Below, piece by piece: positions 10,116-19,295 of a DNA stretch of 64,000 nucleotides; position 1 is the first letter of the stretch, and every line of letters starts with the position of its first letter. The notes under the pieces were generated by a model, which worked only from the letters and a program-made list of their open reading frames with translations, was not told the origin of the DNA and made no database searches. Origin of the DNA: an uncultured Actinomycetes bacterium. Lineage in GTDB: Bacteria > Actinomycetota > Thermoleophilia > RBG-16-64-13. The DNA lies in assembly GCA_963841735.1 (NCBI GenBank), contig CAWJDT010000001.1, forward strand, positions 160,001 through 224,000, written 5' to 3'. Position numbers and translations under genes: made by a program.

Positions 10116-10375
10116 CGCTTTTCTATGTACAGCTCTCCGGCACGCTGCACCAAACGGATGGAGCCCGGATAGTGCTTTGATATGGCATTTCGGAAGCTGG
10201 CAACGGCTGACTTGATCGCCACATCGCCAAGTTCGATTTTGACGGATCGCTGGTCGCTGTTATCCTGAAGATACTTATAAACAGCCTCAACGGTAGCAAC
10301 ATATTTGCTCGTTCTCAGCCCCCGTGATGCCTGTGGAACAGGAACCGGTTTGAAACCAAAAGTCTCAGCTGCCAT
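10112..10375 (-). CDS. Small basic hypothetical protein (87 aa)
   Basis: GGAGG RBS before ATG 10375; compact ORF convergent with the MBL gene. Confidence 0.6.
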   Translation of the reverse strand: MAAETFGFKPVPVPQASRGLRTSKYVATVEAVYKYLQDNSDQRSVKIELGDVAIKSAVASFRNAISKHYPGSIRLVQRAGELYIEKR

Positions 10376-10471
10376 GATGCTTCCTCCCAATAAGATGTGC
10401 TGCTAATCTCACAAGTAGAGTCTAACCGCTAGAACCTAGTGAGATGGGGATATTACCACCATCACCGTAGA

Positions 10472-11314
10472 TCATGACATCATCACATCCCCCAGATTAA
10501 CGCTGCCGGTTTTCAGTGCTACGTCTATTCTTCTCTCACGGCCCAAGAACGAAACCAAAACCACATAGACGCCGCTTTCCCCTTCCAGATGGTCGAACTT
10601 GAAGTCTCCGTAGCAGTCCGTCAACGCGATCGCGATGATCCCCCCGTCCCGAGTCAGGGTCACTGTGGCGCCCTGTGCACATTCGCCCACGCCGTCCTTC
10701 TTGTGCGAGACGCTTCCACCGATAAAACAGTGGCTATAGAGGTACAGGTTCTTGTAGTACACCCGTGGCCTCGTCTCCATTTCGGGCTGGAGGGTATGAA
10801 GCTCTTCTGCCTCGGCTCGGGCCGCCATTTCGTTGTCTTCAACACAGACCGCCACCAAAGCGCCGGTGGGACAGGACTGCACGCAGCGGGGCTTATCCCA
10901 CTTACCGTCCAGTAGGTGAGCGCAGAGGGTGCACTTCTGGGGAACGTTCCTCTCCTCGTTCCAGAAGATAGCGCCGTATGGACAGGCCTTGACCAGGTCC
11001 TTCTGCCCAGCCGCCTTTTGGGGGTCGATGATCACGATGCCGTCGGCGCGCTTGTAGACGGCCTGGCGAAGGGCCTTCTCGATACAAGGAGCGTCGTCAC
11101 AGTGCATACATGGTGTCGGCCGGTAGGCCACGTCCATCATGGGTGCCGCTCCCCGCTCTTTGCGCATGATGTTCATCCAGCGATGCCCGTGCAGCGGTTG
11201 GGCCAGGGCGCAGCCGGGCCAGTCATTCCCCACGTGCTCGTCTTTACAGGCCAGGAAGCAGTTGTTGCAGTCCTCGCATCTGGCTACGTCGATGATCAGG
11301 TTCCATCTACGCAT
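10472..11314 (-). CDS. bthL: Transhydroxylase beta-subunit-like Fe-S protein (3x[4Fe-4S] + C-terminal beta-sandwich), copy 1
   Basis: CEDCNNCFLACKDEH, GHRWMNI.RKERG, YRPTPCMHC..APC, CPY, KCTLCAHLLD, PRVYYKNLY and G.FKFD.L match Pelobacter acidigallici BthL as recalled. Confidence 0.85.
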   Translation of the reverse strand: MRRWNLIIDVARCEDCNNCFLACKDEHVGNDWPGCALAQPLHGHRWMNIMRKERGAAPMMDVAYRPTPCMHCDDAPCIEKALRQAVYKRADGIVIIDPQKAAGQKDLVKACPYGAIFWNEERNVPQKCTLCAHLLDGKWDKPRCVQSCPTGALVAVCVEDNEMAARAEAEELHTLQPEMETRPRVYYKNLYLYSHCFIGGSVSHKKDGVGECAQGATVTLTRDGGIIAIALTDCYGDFKFDHLEGESGVYVVLVSFLGRERRIDVALKTGSVNLGDVMMS

Positions 11315-14300
11315 TGACGGCTTCTTTCTCTTTCCATTTCTCGACTTCTATCAGGCAGCTGTTCACGGCGATTGAATGCGACCGCTTTATGATGGAGCGG
11401 TGAGGGGTCAGCAGGTTCACACTGCCGGCACGATCGGGGGAGCTGCCCGGTTCGCCGATCGGATCGTAGGAGGCCGACGCTTCGTAGGAGTGCACGGTGC
11501 CCTGCGATATCCGCTCGGTGACCTGAGCCGCGCAGATGACCGCGCCCCTATCGTTGTGCAGTCTCACCAGATCGTTGGTCTTGATGCCCCGCTTTTCGGC
11601 GTCGCTGGGGCTGATCCGAGCGATCCAGTAGTAGTAGCCGTCGATAAGGACGCGGTGGTCCTTGATGTCGTTGATGGTGCTGTCCTTGGCGTCCCCCATG
11701 GAGTGGAAGCTGTAGCGCGGATGAGGCGAGATCAGGCTCAGCGGATACTTCTCAAACAATCCCTCGGTGTGGATACCCTCCCAGGACGGCATGTAGGTGG
11801 GAATGGGGCGCCGCTCGGGATCATCGGGAGCGAAGCGCTTGAGGCTCGAGCACGAGAACTCGAATTTACCCGACTGTGTCTGCAGGCCGTGCAGGTACTC
11901 CTTGTAGTCGGCCGGAAGAGGGGCCAGCTTCAGGTGTGTCTTTGGGACGGCCCTCGGCGAACCACCGAAAAGAAACCGGGTCGCGCATCTCCTCCTTGGG
12001 CGCCCCCAGCACGTAGTAGCCCTTCTTCAGAAACCGCTTCCAGGAGATCTTCTTGGACAGGTCGCTCGCCTCAAAGAGCCGCCGCACCCAATCCAGTTCG
12101 GTGACGCCCTCCGAGTACATCATCCCCAGCCCCAGACGCTGCGCCAGTTCGTAGAAGATCTGGTAGTCCGATTTTGATTCACCCAATGGTTCGATGCACT
12201 TGTGCTGCAGGACGAAGATGCGGTGATTGCACTGGTTGAAGCTGTGCTGGATAAAGCCGGCGCAGTTGGCGGATTCGCTGATGTCCCATCGTTCGAAACT
12301 GGTGCAGGCCGGCAGGATGATGTCGGCGAACTTGGCTTCGCCCTCGAACCAGATGCCTTGGTTGACAACAAATTCGAGGTTCTCGGTGCGGTAGGCGTCG
12401 ACCCAGCGATTGGTATCGCTCATGGTGCCTATGAAGGCGCCGCCGTACCTGTAGTACATCCGGACGGGCGCGCACCCCTCCATGGGGTAGCTGACCTTGG
12501 CGAACTGGGATTCGATGGAAGTGGGGTCCAGCATATAGCCCTCAGCCCTGCCCTCCAGGATCGCTTCCGGCAGGCGCTGCTTGGGGACTCTCTGAGGCAC
12601 CGTGTTGATGGTGGGGAGTTGCGGCATGCGCTGGTACATACTGACGATGCTCGCGTTGCTCTTCACATCTCCGGACAGTCCCCCCTCACAGTAGCCGGGG
12701 AAGTAGAAGTGGGTGTCCACGGGGGTACCTTGCTGAGCGGAGCCCATGTTGACCCCGGGTTTGCCGATGCCCTGCATGGCCATCATGCAGACCATGATGC
12801 GCGCCCATTCGATGCCGGAGGCCGAGCGGCAGGCGCCGCCGAACCCAGTCAGGCCGCCGGCGGCCAGATAGGTGCGCTTGTTCCCCCACTCACGGGCTAA
12901 GGCGCGGACATCTTTCGCCGGAATGCCGGACTCCGGCTCCTGCCACTCGGGCGTCTTGGCTATGCCATCGCTCGTCCCGAGGATGTAGTCGTTCCACTCG
13001 TCGAATCCGGTGGTCCTTGCTTCGACGTATTCCTTGTCATACAGACCTTCGACGAGCCACGTGTGCACGATGGCCAGGGCCATGGCGTTTTCGGTGCCCG
13101 GCCTGGGCGCGAACCACTTGCCGCCGAACAGGGCCGCCGTACTGTTGTAGTAGGGGTCGACGTGGACGAACTTCACGCCCAGATCTTTAAGCCACTGCCG
13201 CCGGACGGTGCCTTCGAAAGCACCGTAGACCCCGCCTGTGGCTTCCGGGTCGCTCGACCAGAACACAACCATCTCGCAGTGTTTCAAGCAGTCTTCAACG
13301 GTGCCGTAGGACTCAGGCGCACCGAGCCGCATCGAATGGCCCCAGTGATGCGAGGCGCCCCAGTACCAACCCTCCCAAGAATCGGGGTTCATGACAGCCT
13401 GCGTGTGGCCGATGAGGTTCATGAAGCGGGCCCTGGCGCTGATGTGATAGCCCAGATAGCCAAAGGTGTGATGCGACGGGTGGGTATTGAGGATGGCGCC
13501 GGGACCGTGCTCCGTCTTCATCCGTCTTGATCTCTCCGGCGACTATTTCGAGAGCCTCGTCCCAGCCAATGCGTTCATATCCTGAGATGCCGCGATTACG
13601 GGGGTTGCGCTCGCCTTTGGGATCGAAGTCGACCCGCTTCATGGGATAGAGCATCCGCTCGGACGAATAGACCATCGATTTCCAGGCCTGGGCGTGAGGG
13701 GAGATCGTCGATCTGCGCGGCGGCGTGAAGCTTCTCCCTCGGGCCTCGATGGTCCACGGTTTTGGGTCGGTGTCGTCGAACTCGATGGGCGTGATGCGGA
13801 TGATCTTGCCGGCCTTCACATAGACGAAACACGGCCCTCCATTGGTGTTGCTGGTGTAGCGCTTGACACCATCTCCCGCGTCGGTTCCGTGCTTCCGGCA
13901 AGACATAAGGCTCAACATGACGGATAGTGTTTCGAAGAACCACGACCCCAGAAGATCCGAGCCCTCGTACGTGATCTGAAAGTTCTTGAGCGCGTTCTGC
14001 ATCTCCAACTGGGCCGTGTTGAGCCCCATCATCCTTGCCGGAAGGCCCTGCTCCCTAAGACCAAGGCGGGCGCAAAGAGAAGCCAATGCCTTCTTCACGA
14101 ACACACTGACGGCAACGTGCTGGTCGGAGAATCTTATGGTGTAGTCCGCACGCCGGTCGATGCCTCGCGCGGATCGCATCCGGCCATCCTTGAGATAGAA
14201 GCATCTGCCCACGGAGCCGTCTTGGAGCTCGATCTGAAAGTCCACGTCCTTTTGCCTCAACCGGGCGGCGAACTCGGGAAAGCGCCAAGCGGTGAAACGC

Positions 14301-14359
14301 ACCAACGGCGCCAGCGAGAACAGAACCAGCGAAAGCAGAGTCTTCTTGAACATGAGCAC
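11307..14359 (-). CDS. AthL-type Mo-bisPGD oxidoreductase large subunit, copy 1, with N-terminal SCP2-like extension; two frameshifts
   Basis: Joins ORFs 13313..14359, 11866..13521 and 11307..11792 through +1 bases near 13527 and 11929. Motifs [54 protein letters not shown]. Confidence 0.85.
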
Positions 14360-14403
14360 CGTGTCCTTCCGTGTTGAGCGTCCGCGCGATAAGCAGACTT
14401 TTC

Positions 14404-14477
14404 GTTAAGGCTTTAACCTTCTCGTTAATGCTTTAACCTTATAGTTAGCGCTTTAACCTTATAGTTGGTAGATCAAC
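14404..14477. promoter_or_regulatory. Array of four palindromic operators (GTTA-N6-TAAC) at exact 20-bp period
   Basis: GTTAAGGCTTTAAC 14404, GTTAATGCTTTAAC 14424, GTTAGCGCTTTAAC 14444, GTTGGTAGATCAAC 14464; minus-strand TTGACA at 14483-14488. Confidence 0.8.
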
Positions 14478-14494
14478 CACCATGTCAAGAATGA

Positions 14495-14959
14495 CTACCC
14501 CCCGGTACTGCTGATGATCCTGCGGACGACTTCCTTGGCCGTTTGTAGGTCGGCGTCGGAAATACCATCGAGCGCCCACGCCATGTTCTCCTCGGCGAGA
14601 GCGACTAGAGCCGGCAGTACTGCACGGCCTTCCGGAGTCAGATAGACCAAGTTGGAGCGTCCGTCTTCGGGATCCGGACGGCGGACGATGAGGCCCTGCT
14701 TCTCCAACTTGCCGATCAGGTGAAAGGCCGCCACCTTGCTCCGTTGGAAAGAGCTTGCCAGAGCCTGCTGAGATAAGCCGTCCTGCTTCCACAGACAGCC
14801 CAGAAAGGCCCATTGTTCGGGAGTGACGGCATAGCCAGCGTTGCTGAATCTAACCGCCAGGGTGTCACGCAGCCGGTTGGAGCAGGTCGCCATCAGCCAA
14901 GACAGCGGGTCCGTTGGAAAGCCGTCGGTAATGACCAACTGTTCGTCCTCTGACTTCAT
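14495..14959 (-). CDS. MarR-family transcriptional regulator
   Basis: TPEQW..L..L...DGLSQ..LA, LEKQGLIVR..DPEDGRS.LVYLTPEGR. Confidence 0.93.
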   Translation of the reverse strand: MKSEDEQLVITDGFPTDPLSWLMATCSNRLRDTLAVRFSNAGYAVTPEQWAFLGCLWKQDGLSQQALASSFQRSKVAAFHLIGKLEKQGLIVRRPDPEDGRSNLVYLTPEGRAVLPALVALAEENMAWALDGISDADLQTAKEVVRRIISSTGG

Positions 14960-14994
14960 TCTGCTGGCCTTCTCGCTAAACGTACCGGTTATTA

Positions 14995-15029
14995 GTTAAC
15001 AGCTTAACGGTCTCGCGATCTCTCGTCAA
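14995..15029 (-). promoter_or_regulatory. marR promoter with overlapping operator
   Basis: -35 TTGACG (15024-15029), 17-bp spacer, -10 TAAGCT (15001-15006), overlapped by GTTAACAGCTTAAC (14995-15008). Confidence 0.7.
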
Positions 15030-15036
15030 CAAGAAG

Positions 15037-15078
15037 GCGGCGCCGACCGTGACCCAAAGGAATCACGTTCGGCGCCGC
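15037..15078 (-). terminator. Intrinsic terminator after the UroD-like gene
   Basis: GCGGCGCCGA...TCGGCGCCGC stem followed by CTTCTTGTT on the minus strand. Confidence 0.6.
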
Positions 15079-15087
15079 TGAAAACTC

Positions 15088-16443
15088 TTAGCCCCGCCAG
15101 TTGCGCCCAGTCTCGATCATGGCCTTAAGGTTCTCGGCCTTAGCATCGTCAAGCGCGGCCCCGTTGCGCAGGTAGAAGCCGCCGTCCTTGGCACACGTGT
15201 CGAGCAGGTCGGTAACGTACTCTTCGACCTCGGCCGCACCCGCCAGCGCCAGAAGCGCGGTGGGCACGTTGCCGGATATACAGGCGTAGCCCCCCAGGGC
15301 TCGCTTGGCAGCAGCCATGTCGGTCTGATCGAGCAGCCACATGGCGCTGCCGGCAGGCAGATCGTCGTCGGCGATGATGTCCAAACGCTTGCCGTAGCTG
15401 CCCTGAGCGAACATGGTCGGAACCAAGCCCTGGTCGATAAGACCCTTCATCACGGCCTTCAGTGTCGGCCAGTAGAAGGTGCGAAAATCCGCATCCGACA
15501 TGAAGTTGTCGGCGCCCTTGTGCAGCCAGAACATGACGAGGGGCGATTCGGCCCAGGCCCCCTGACGCACACACTGGTCGATCATCAGCGGGACGAACCG
15601 TTCAGCCGCCTCAAGGATCTTGTCCGGTTGACGGAAACGGTCGAGCATGATGCCTTTGGTGCCGCGCAGGGTGTCGGCCAAAACATCGTACGGGGCTTTG
15701 GCCGAGCCGGTCCACTCGGGCGGTATACCCAGACGACCCGCCGCCTCGGCATCAGCGGCCTTTGTCACCTTCATCCACGCGAAACACTCCCCGGCCACCG
15801 CGGCCAACTGCTGCATTCCTTCGACCAGTCCTGGAGAGGCAAAGCCGAGCATGTTGTAGGGCATGGCGGCCGCTTCCATGAAATCTGTGAATGGCGGCAT
15901 GGCTGCCAGGGGGCCGAAGGCCGAGCCGAAGCGGGGCAACAACGACCGCCGAAAGTAGCCTTCGGGGTCGGCGATAAGGGCGTCGTACTCATCCGCCTTC
16001 ATGTACTCGGCTTCCAGGTACTGCCAGGGGGTCTCGTCCGGTAGACCATGCCCAGGCCAGTCGACGAAGTTCAGCCCCAGCAGCTCAAACACCTTCGCGG
16101 GAGAGACAGTCTTCACCTGAAAGTCCGGGCGAAAATCCTCGTGGAACTTGACGAGTGCCGTGGCGGATCTCTGGTAGTCGTACATGGCCTCTTTCTTGGT
16201 GAGACCGCTGTACTTGCCCGAGTAGAAGCCCACGTTCGCCGAGACCGGCACGCGCTCCGGCTTCTTCAGTGTGATGGCGTCAACCAGGAGTTGGACGCGC
16301 TGCTTGTAGTCGTCTTGGACGGCATCGCTCGCGAACTCGACCCCACGCGCGCTCGACCACCGCTGGAAACGACGCTCGCGACGCTCTTTCCAGTCCAATT
16401 TATCCCAGCCGTCAAACATCGGGTCCGGTGCACCCCAGCTCAT
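15088..16443 (-). CDS. UroD/MtaA-CmuA-fold protein, probable corrinoid-dependent methyltransferase, copy 1
   Basis: KPERVPV, APYD...LRG....D, FMS..F.TFYWP.LK, TDM..AK..LG...CISGNVP, GGFYL; AAGGAG RBS. Confidence 0.8.
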   Translation of the reverse strand: MSWGAPDPMFDGWDKLDWKERRERRFQRWSSARGVEFASDAVQDDYKQRVQLLVDAITLKKPERVPVSANVGFYSGKYSGLTKKEAMYDYQRSATALVKFHEDFRPDFQVKTVSPAKVFELLGLNFVDWPGHGLPDETPWQYLEAEYMKADEYDALIADPEGYFRRSLLPRFGSAFGPLAAMPPFTDFMEAAAMPYNMLGFASPGLVEGMQQLAAVAGECFAWMKVTKAADAEAAGRLGIPPEWTGSAKAPYDVLADTLRGTKGIMLDRFRQPDKILEAAERFVPLMIDQCVRQGAWAESPLVMFWLHKGADNFMSDADFRTFYWPTLKAVMKGLIDQGLVPTMFAQGSYGKRLDIIADDDLPAGSAMWLLDQTDMAAAKRALGGYACISGNVPTALLALAGAAEVEEYVTDLLDTCAKDGGFYLRNGAALDDAKAENLKAMIETGRNWRG

Positions 16444-17849
16444 ATTCGCTCCTTCATAGAACCTAGCGACTTCGTTACACAAGGAATGGTTGTTACATCG
16501 ACGTTCTCGTTGCGGTTCTCATTCAAGTAGGGGAACCGAGATACTGTGGCTCGGATCTCCTTCTGCCGGGTCCCTGGATCGCCCCAGAGCACGGTGACCT
16601 GGGTACCGAGTTCGCCGTGCCCCACATCGATGGAGCAAAGCGACAGCATCGCCCGATAGTAGTAGCTGTAGGCCCGGCCGGAACTCACTCCGACGATTCT
16701 ACCGTCTCGCAGTACCTGGTCGGCGTGCATGATGTGGCCCCCATGACGCTGGCCCAGATCGATCGGGTCCATCCACGCATAGGGCTCGCCGTCTCTGTAT
16801 TGCGACAAGTGCACGTCGAGCAGATCCTCGATGTCCCAGACCAGGGTGACCATCTTCCGCCGTGGTTGCTGCACTTCTTTCTCCAGGGCGACGCGTCCGA
16901 TGAAGTCGTGATCGAACTTGATGGTCTTCCCCCATCCGAGTTCCACCGGACTACGGTAGCGCAGCTTGATGTCCGCCCCCATGCTCCCGGCCAAGGTTGC
17001 CGGCAGCCCGTCCATCTCCGGGGGCATGCCGAGAAACGCCATGAAGCCTTTGTCGTCCCCCCAAGGCAGCGGGAAATGGACGAAAGACTGCGGAAAGCCG
17101 TTCTGGGTGTGGTTCATCTGATAGACACGCCAGCCGAGCTTGGTCAGCCCGAAGGGTTCTCCCGCCGCTACGATGGCGTCGTAGAGAAGTACCGCTTCGC
17201 TGGTAGAACCGTGGACCTCGTAGGCGAGAGTCCCTGCCATGCCCATGCGGGTGATCCGTACATCCATGCCCTGGATGCTGCTCATACGGTGATGGCCGAA
17301 CTTGATGTCATGCAGGCACTCGCCGGTAGCCACCTCAAGTATCTCGAGAGACCGCGGGCCGCCAAGCTGAAGCAGCAAGCGATCGTTCACCCATTCGCCC
17401 CGCGCGTCGTACCCACCCGTGTAGAACTTATAGGCTGCGTAAGGCGCCAGGAAGTAGGTGATGAAGTCGTCTTCCGCCACTCGTAGCAGCACACCGTGGG
17501 CTATGACCATCCCCTGCTCGTTGCACATGATGGCGTGCTTCAGGGTGCCGACGGCGAAGTTGGCGAAGCTGTTCACGCAGATATCGGAGAAGAACCTCAG
17601 CGCATCGGGCCCCTTTACCCGGAACGTGGGAGCAGGATTGAGGCCCGCGTGTAGGTAGCAGCCCGTCTTCCAGGACACCTCCTCCTCACGCCATCCGCTG
17701 TACTCAAGAGGGACGACGGAGTCGAGTCCCATACCGAACACCCTGCTATAGATGTAGAAATCCACATTGGGGTCGTACGCGGCATACGGGAGGTGGGAGA
17801 AGCTCCTCTCCGCTCCGTCGTGTGGCGCCGCTTCACCTATGCCGCCCAC
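16440..17849 (-). CDS. GcvT-family THF-dependent demethylase, LigM/DesA-like
   Basis: PLEYSGWREE..SWK, GPDALRF.SD..VNS, RMGMAG...YE, KFDHDFIGR.ALE, RKMVTL.W, YSYY.RAMLSL..ID, GT.VTVLWG. Confidence 0.85.
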   Translation of the reverse strand: MGGIGEAAPHDGAERSFSHLPYAAYDPNVDFYIYSRVFGMGLDSVVPLEYSGWREEEVSWKTGCYLHAGLNPAPTFRVKGPDALRFFSDICVNSFANFAVGTLKHAIMCNEQGMVIAHGVLLRVAEDDFITYFLAPYAAYKFYTGGYDARGEWVNDRLLLQLGGPRSLEILEVATGECLHDIKFGHHRMSSIQGMDVRITRMGMAGTLAYEVHGSTSEAVLLYDAIVAAGEPFGLTKLGWRVYQMNHTQNGFPQSFVHFPLPWGDDKGFMAFLGMPPEMDGLPATLAGSMGADIKLRYRSPVELGWGKTIKFDHDFIGRVALEKEVQQPRRKMVTLVWDIEDLLDVHLSQYRDGEPYAWMDPIDLGQRHGGHIMHADQVLRDGRIVGVSSGRAYSYYYRAMLSLCSIDVGHGELGTQVTVLWGDPGTRQKEIRATVSRFPYLNENRNENVDVTTIPCVTKSLGSMKERI

Positions 17850-17856
17850 GCTCGCC

Positions 17857-18552
17857 TCACACTCCCAACCACTTGTGCTGTATTTCCTTGCTGCCGCGGA
17901 GTTCATCAGCCGTGCTTGTGTGAACAACCGTCCCATTGGCGATGATGTACACATAGTCCGCCACCGTGAGGGCCATGTTCAGGTTCTGCTCGGCCAAGAA
18001 CACGGTGAGCTTTCCCTTTAGGCGACAGATAACCTGGCCGATCTGCTTGATGACCATCGGCGCCAGCCCCTCGGACGGCTCATCCATGATCAGTAGCTCC
18101 GGATTGGCCATCAGTGCCCGGGCGACCACCAACATCTGCTGCTCACCCCCGCTCAGCAGATTACCGCTCAGCCCGGCGCGCTCCTTCAGAATGGGAAACA
18201 GCTCGTGGATCTTCTCAATGTCCCAGGCATCGTCCTCCTTGACCTTCCTCTCCGCGATGGTCAGGTTCTCTTGCACGCTGAGTGACGAGAAGACGCCACG
18301 CCCCTGGGGCACGAAGGCGATGCCCTTACGGGCGATCTGGTGAGGTTCAAGACCGCTGATGACCTCGTCCTTGAACAGTATCTGGCCATTCCGCGGGGGT
18401 GTCAGGCCCATGACCGAACGCATGAGCGTGCTCTTGCCCATACCGTTCCGGCCCAGGATCGCCACCACGCTGCCCGTCGGCACATCAAGGGAGAGGTCCC
18501 ACAGCACCTGCCGGTCCCAGTAGAAGGTGTCTATGTTCTTCACAGTCAGCAA
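17857..18552 (-). CDS. livF: Liv-type ABC ATP-binding protein
   Basis: GRNGMGKS, LSGGEQQM, MDEPSEGLAP; TTG start overlapping livG. Confidence 0.92.
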   Translation of the reverse strand: MLTVKNIDTFYWDRQVLWDLSLDVPTGSVVAILGRNGMGKSTLMRSVMGLTPPRNGQILFKDEVISGLEPHQIARKGIAFVPQGRGVFSSLSVQENLTIAERKVKEDDAWDIEKIHELFPILKERAGLSGNLLSGGEQQMLVVARALMANPELLIMDEPSEGLAPMVIKQIGQVICRLKGKLTVFLAEQNLNMALTVADYVYIIANGTVVHTSTADELRGSKEIQHKWLGV

Positions 18553-19295
18553 GCCTCATCGCCTCCCAGATAGATCTCCCGCACCTTGGGATCGGCACTG
18601 ATCTCGTCCGGAAGACCCTTGGTGAGTATCTCGCCGTCGTATAGCACCATGATCATGTCCGCCAGGTTGAACACCAGATCCATGTCGTGAGCGCAGAAGA
18701 CCAGCGTCGTATCAACTGCCAGCTCGCGGATCACCTCGGCAAAGGCCGCCGCCTCCGCGGTCGGCAGGCCGGCGCTGGGCTCGTCCAGCAGAACCACCTG
18801 CGGCTTTGACGCAAAGGCGGCGAGCAGCTCTACCAAGCGTTGCTCCCCATATGACAGTGTGTGCAGAGGCTCAGACCGCTTGTCGCCAAGGCCCACCGTA
18901 TCGAGCAGCCGCTCGGCCTCATGCAGGCAATCCTTGCGCTTGTCCAGCGCACTCCACATTTGAAAATGCGACCCCCGCGCACCGTAGACAGCCAGCAACA
19001 CATTGTTCAACACCGACTGGTAGAAGAAGAGGTTGTTAACCTGATAAGACCGCCCCAGCCCCGCATGCAGACGTTTGTAGGGAGCCATGTTGGTTATCCG
19101 CTTCTCGCCCAGAAACACATCTCCACCGGACGCGGGGAGCTGTCCGCCGATAACGTTGAGCAGCGTACTCTTGCCCGCGCCGTTGGGCCCTATGAGGGCC
19201 AGCCTCTCCCCAGGCTCCACGCCGAAGGTGACACCGCTCAGGACACACAGCCCACCGAAGCTCTTCGACAGATTCTCCACCCTAAGCACCGTCAT
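18546..19295 (-). CDS. livG: Liv-type ABC ATP-binding protein
   Basis: GPNGAGKS, LSYGEQR, LLDEPSAG, HDMD, V.EIYLG. Confidence 0.92.
   Translation of the reverse strand: MTVLRVENLSKSFGGLCVLSGVTFGVEPGERLALIGPNGAGKSTLLNVIGGQLPASGGDVFLGEKRITNMAPYKRLHAGLGRSYQVNNLFFYQSVLNNVLLAVYGARGSHFQMWSALDKRKDCLHEAERLLDTVGLGDKRSEPLHTLSYGEQRLVELLAAFASKPQVVLLDEPSAGLPTAEAAAFAEVIRELAVDTTLVFCAHDMDLVFNLADMIMVLYDGEILTKGLPDEISADPKVREIYLGGDEAC

Noticed and set aside
14404-14477. CRISPR-like or iteron-like short repeats
   Set aside because: The period is only 20 bp with no unique spacers, and no cas or rep gene is present. Each unit is a palindrome also found at the marR promoter, so an operator array fits better.
15088-17849. 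Heme biosynthesis hemE and glycine cleavage gcvT
   Set aside because: No other hem or gcv genes are nearby, and the motifs match the methyltransferase-like and LigM-like branches.
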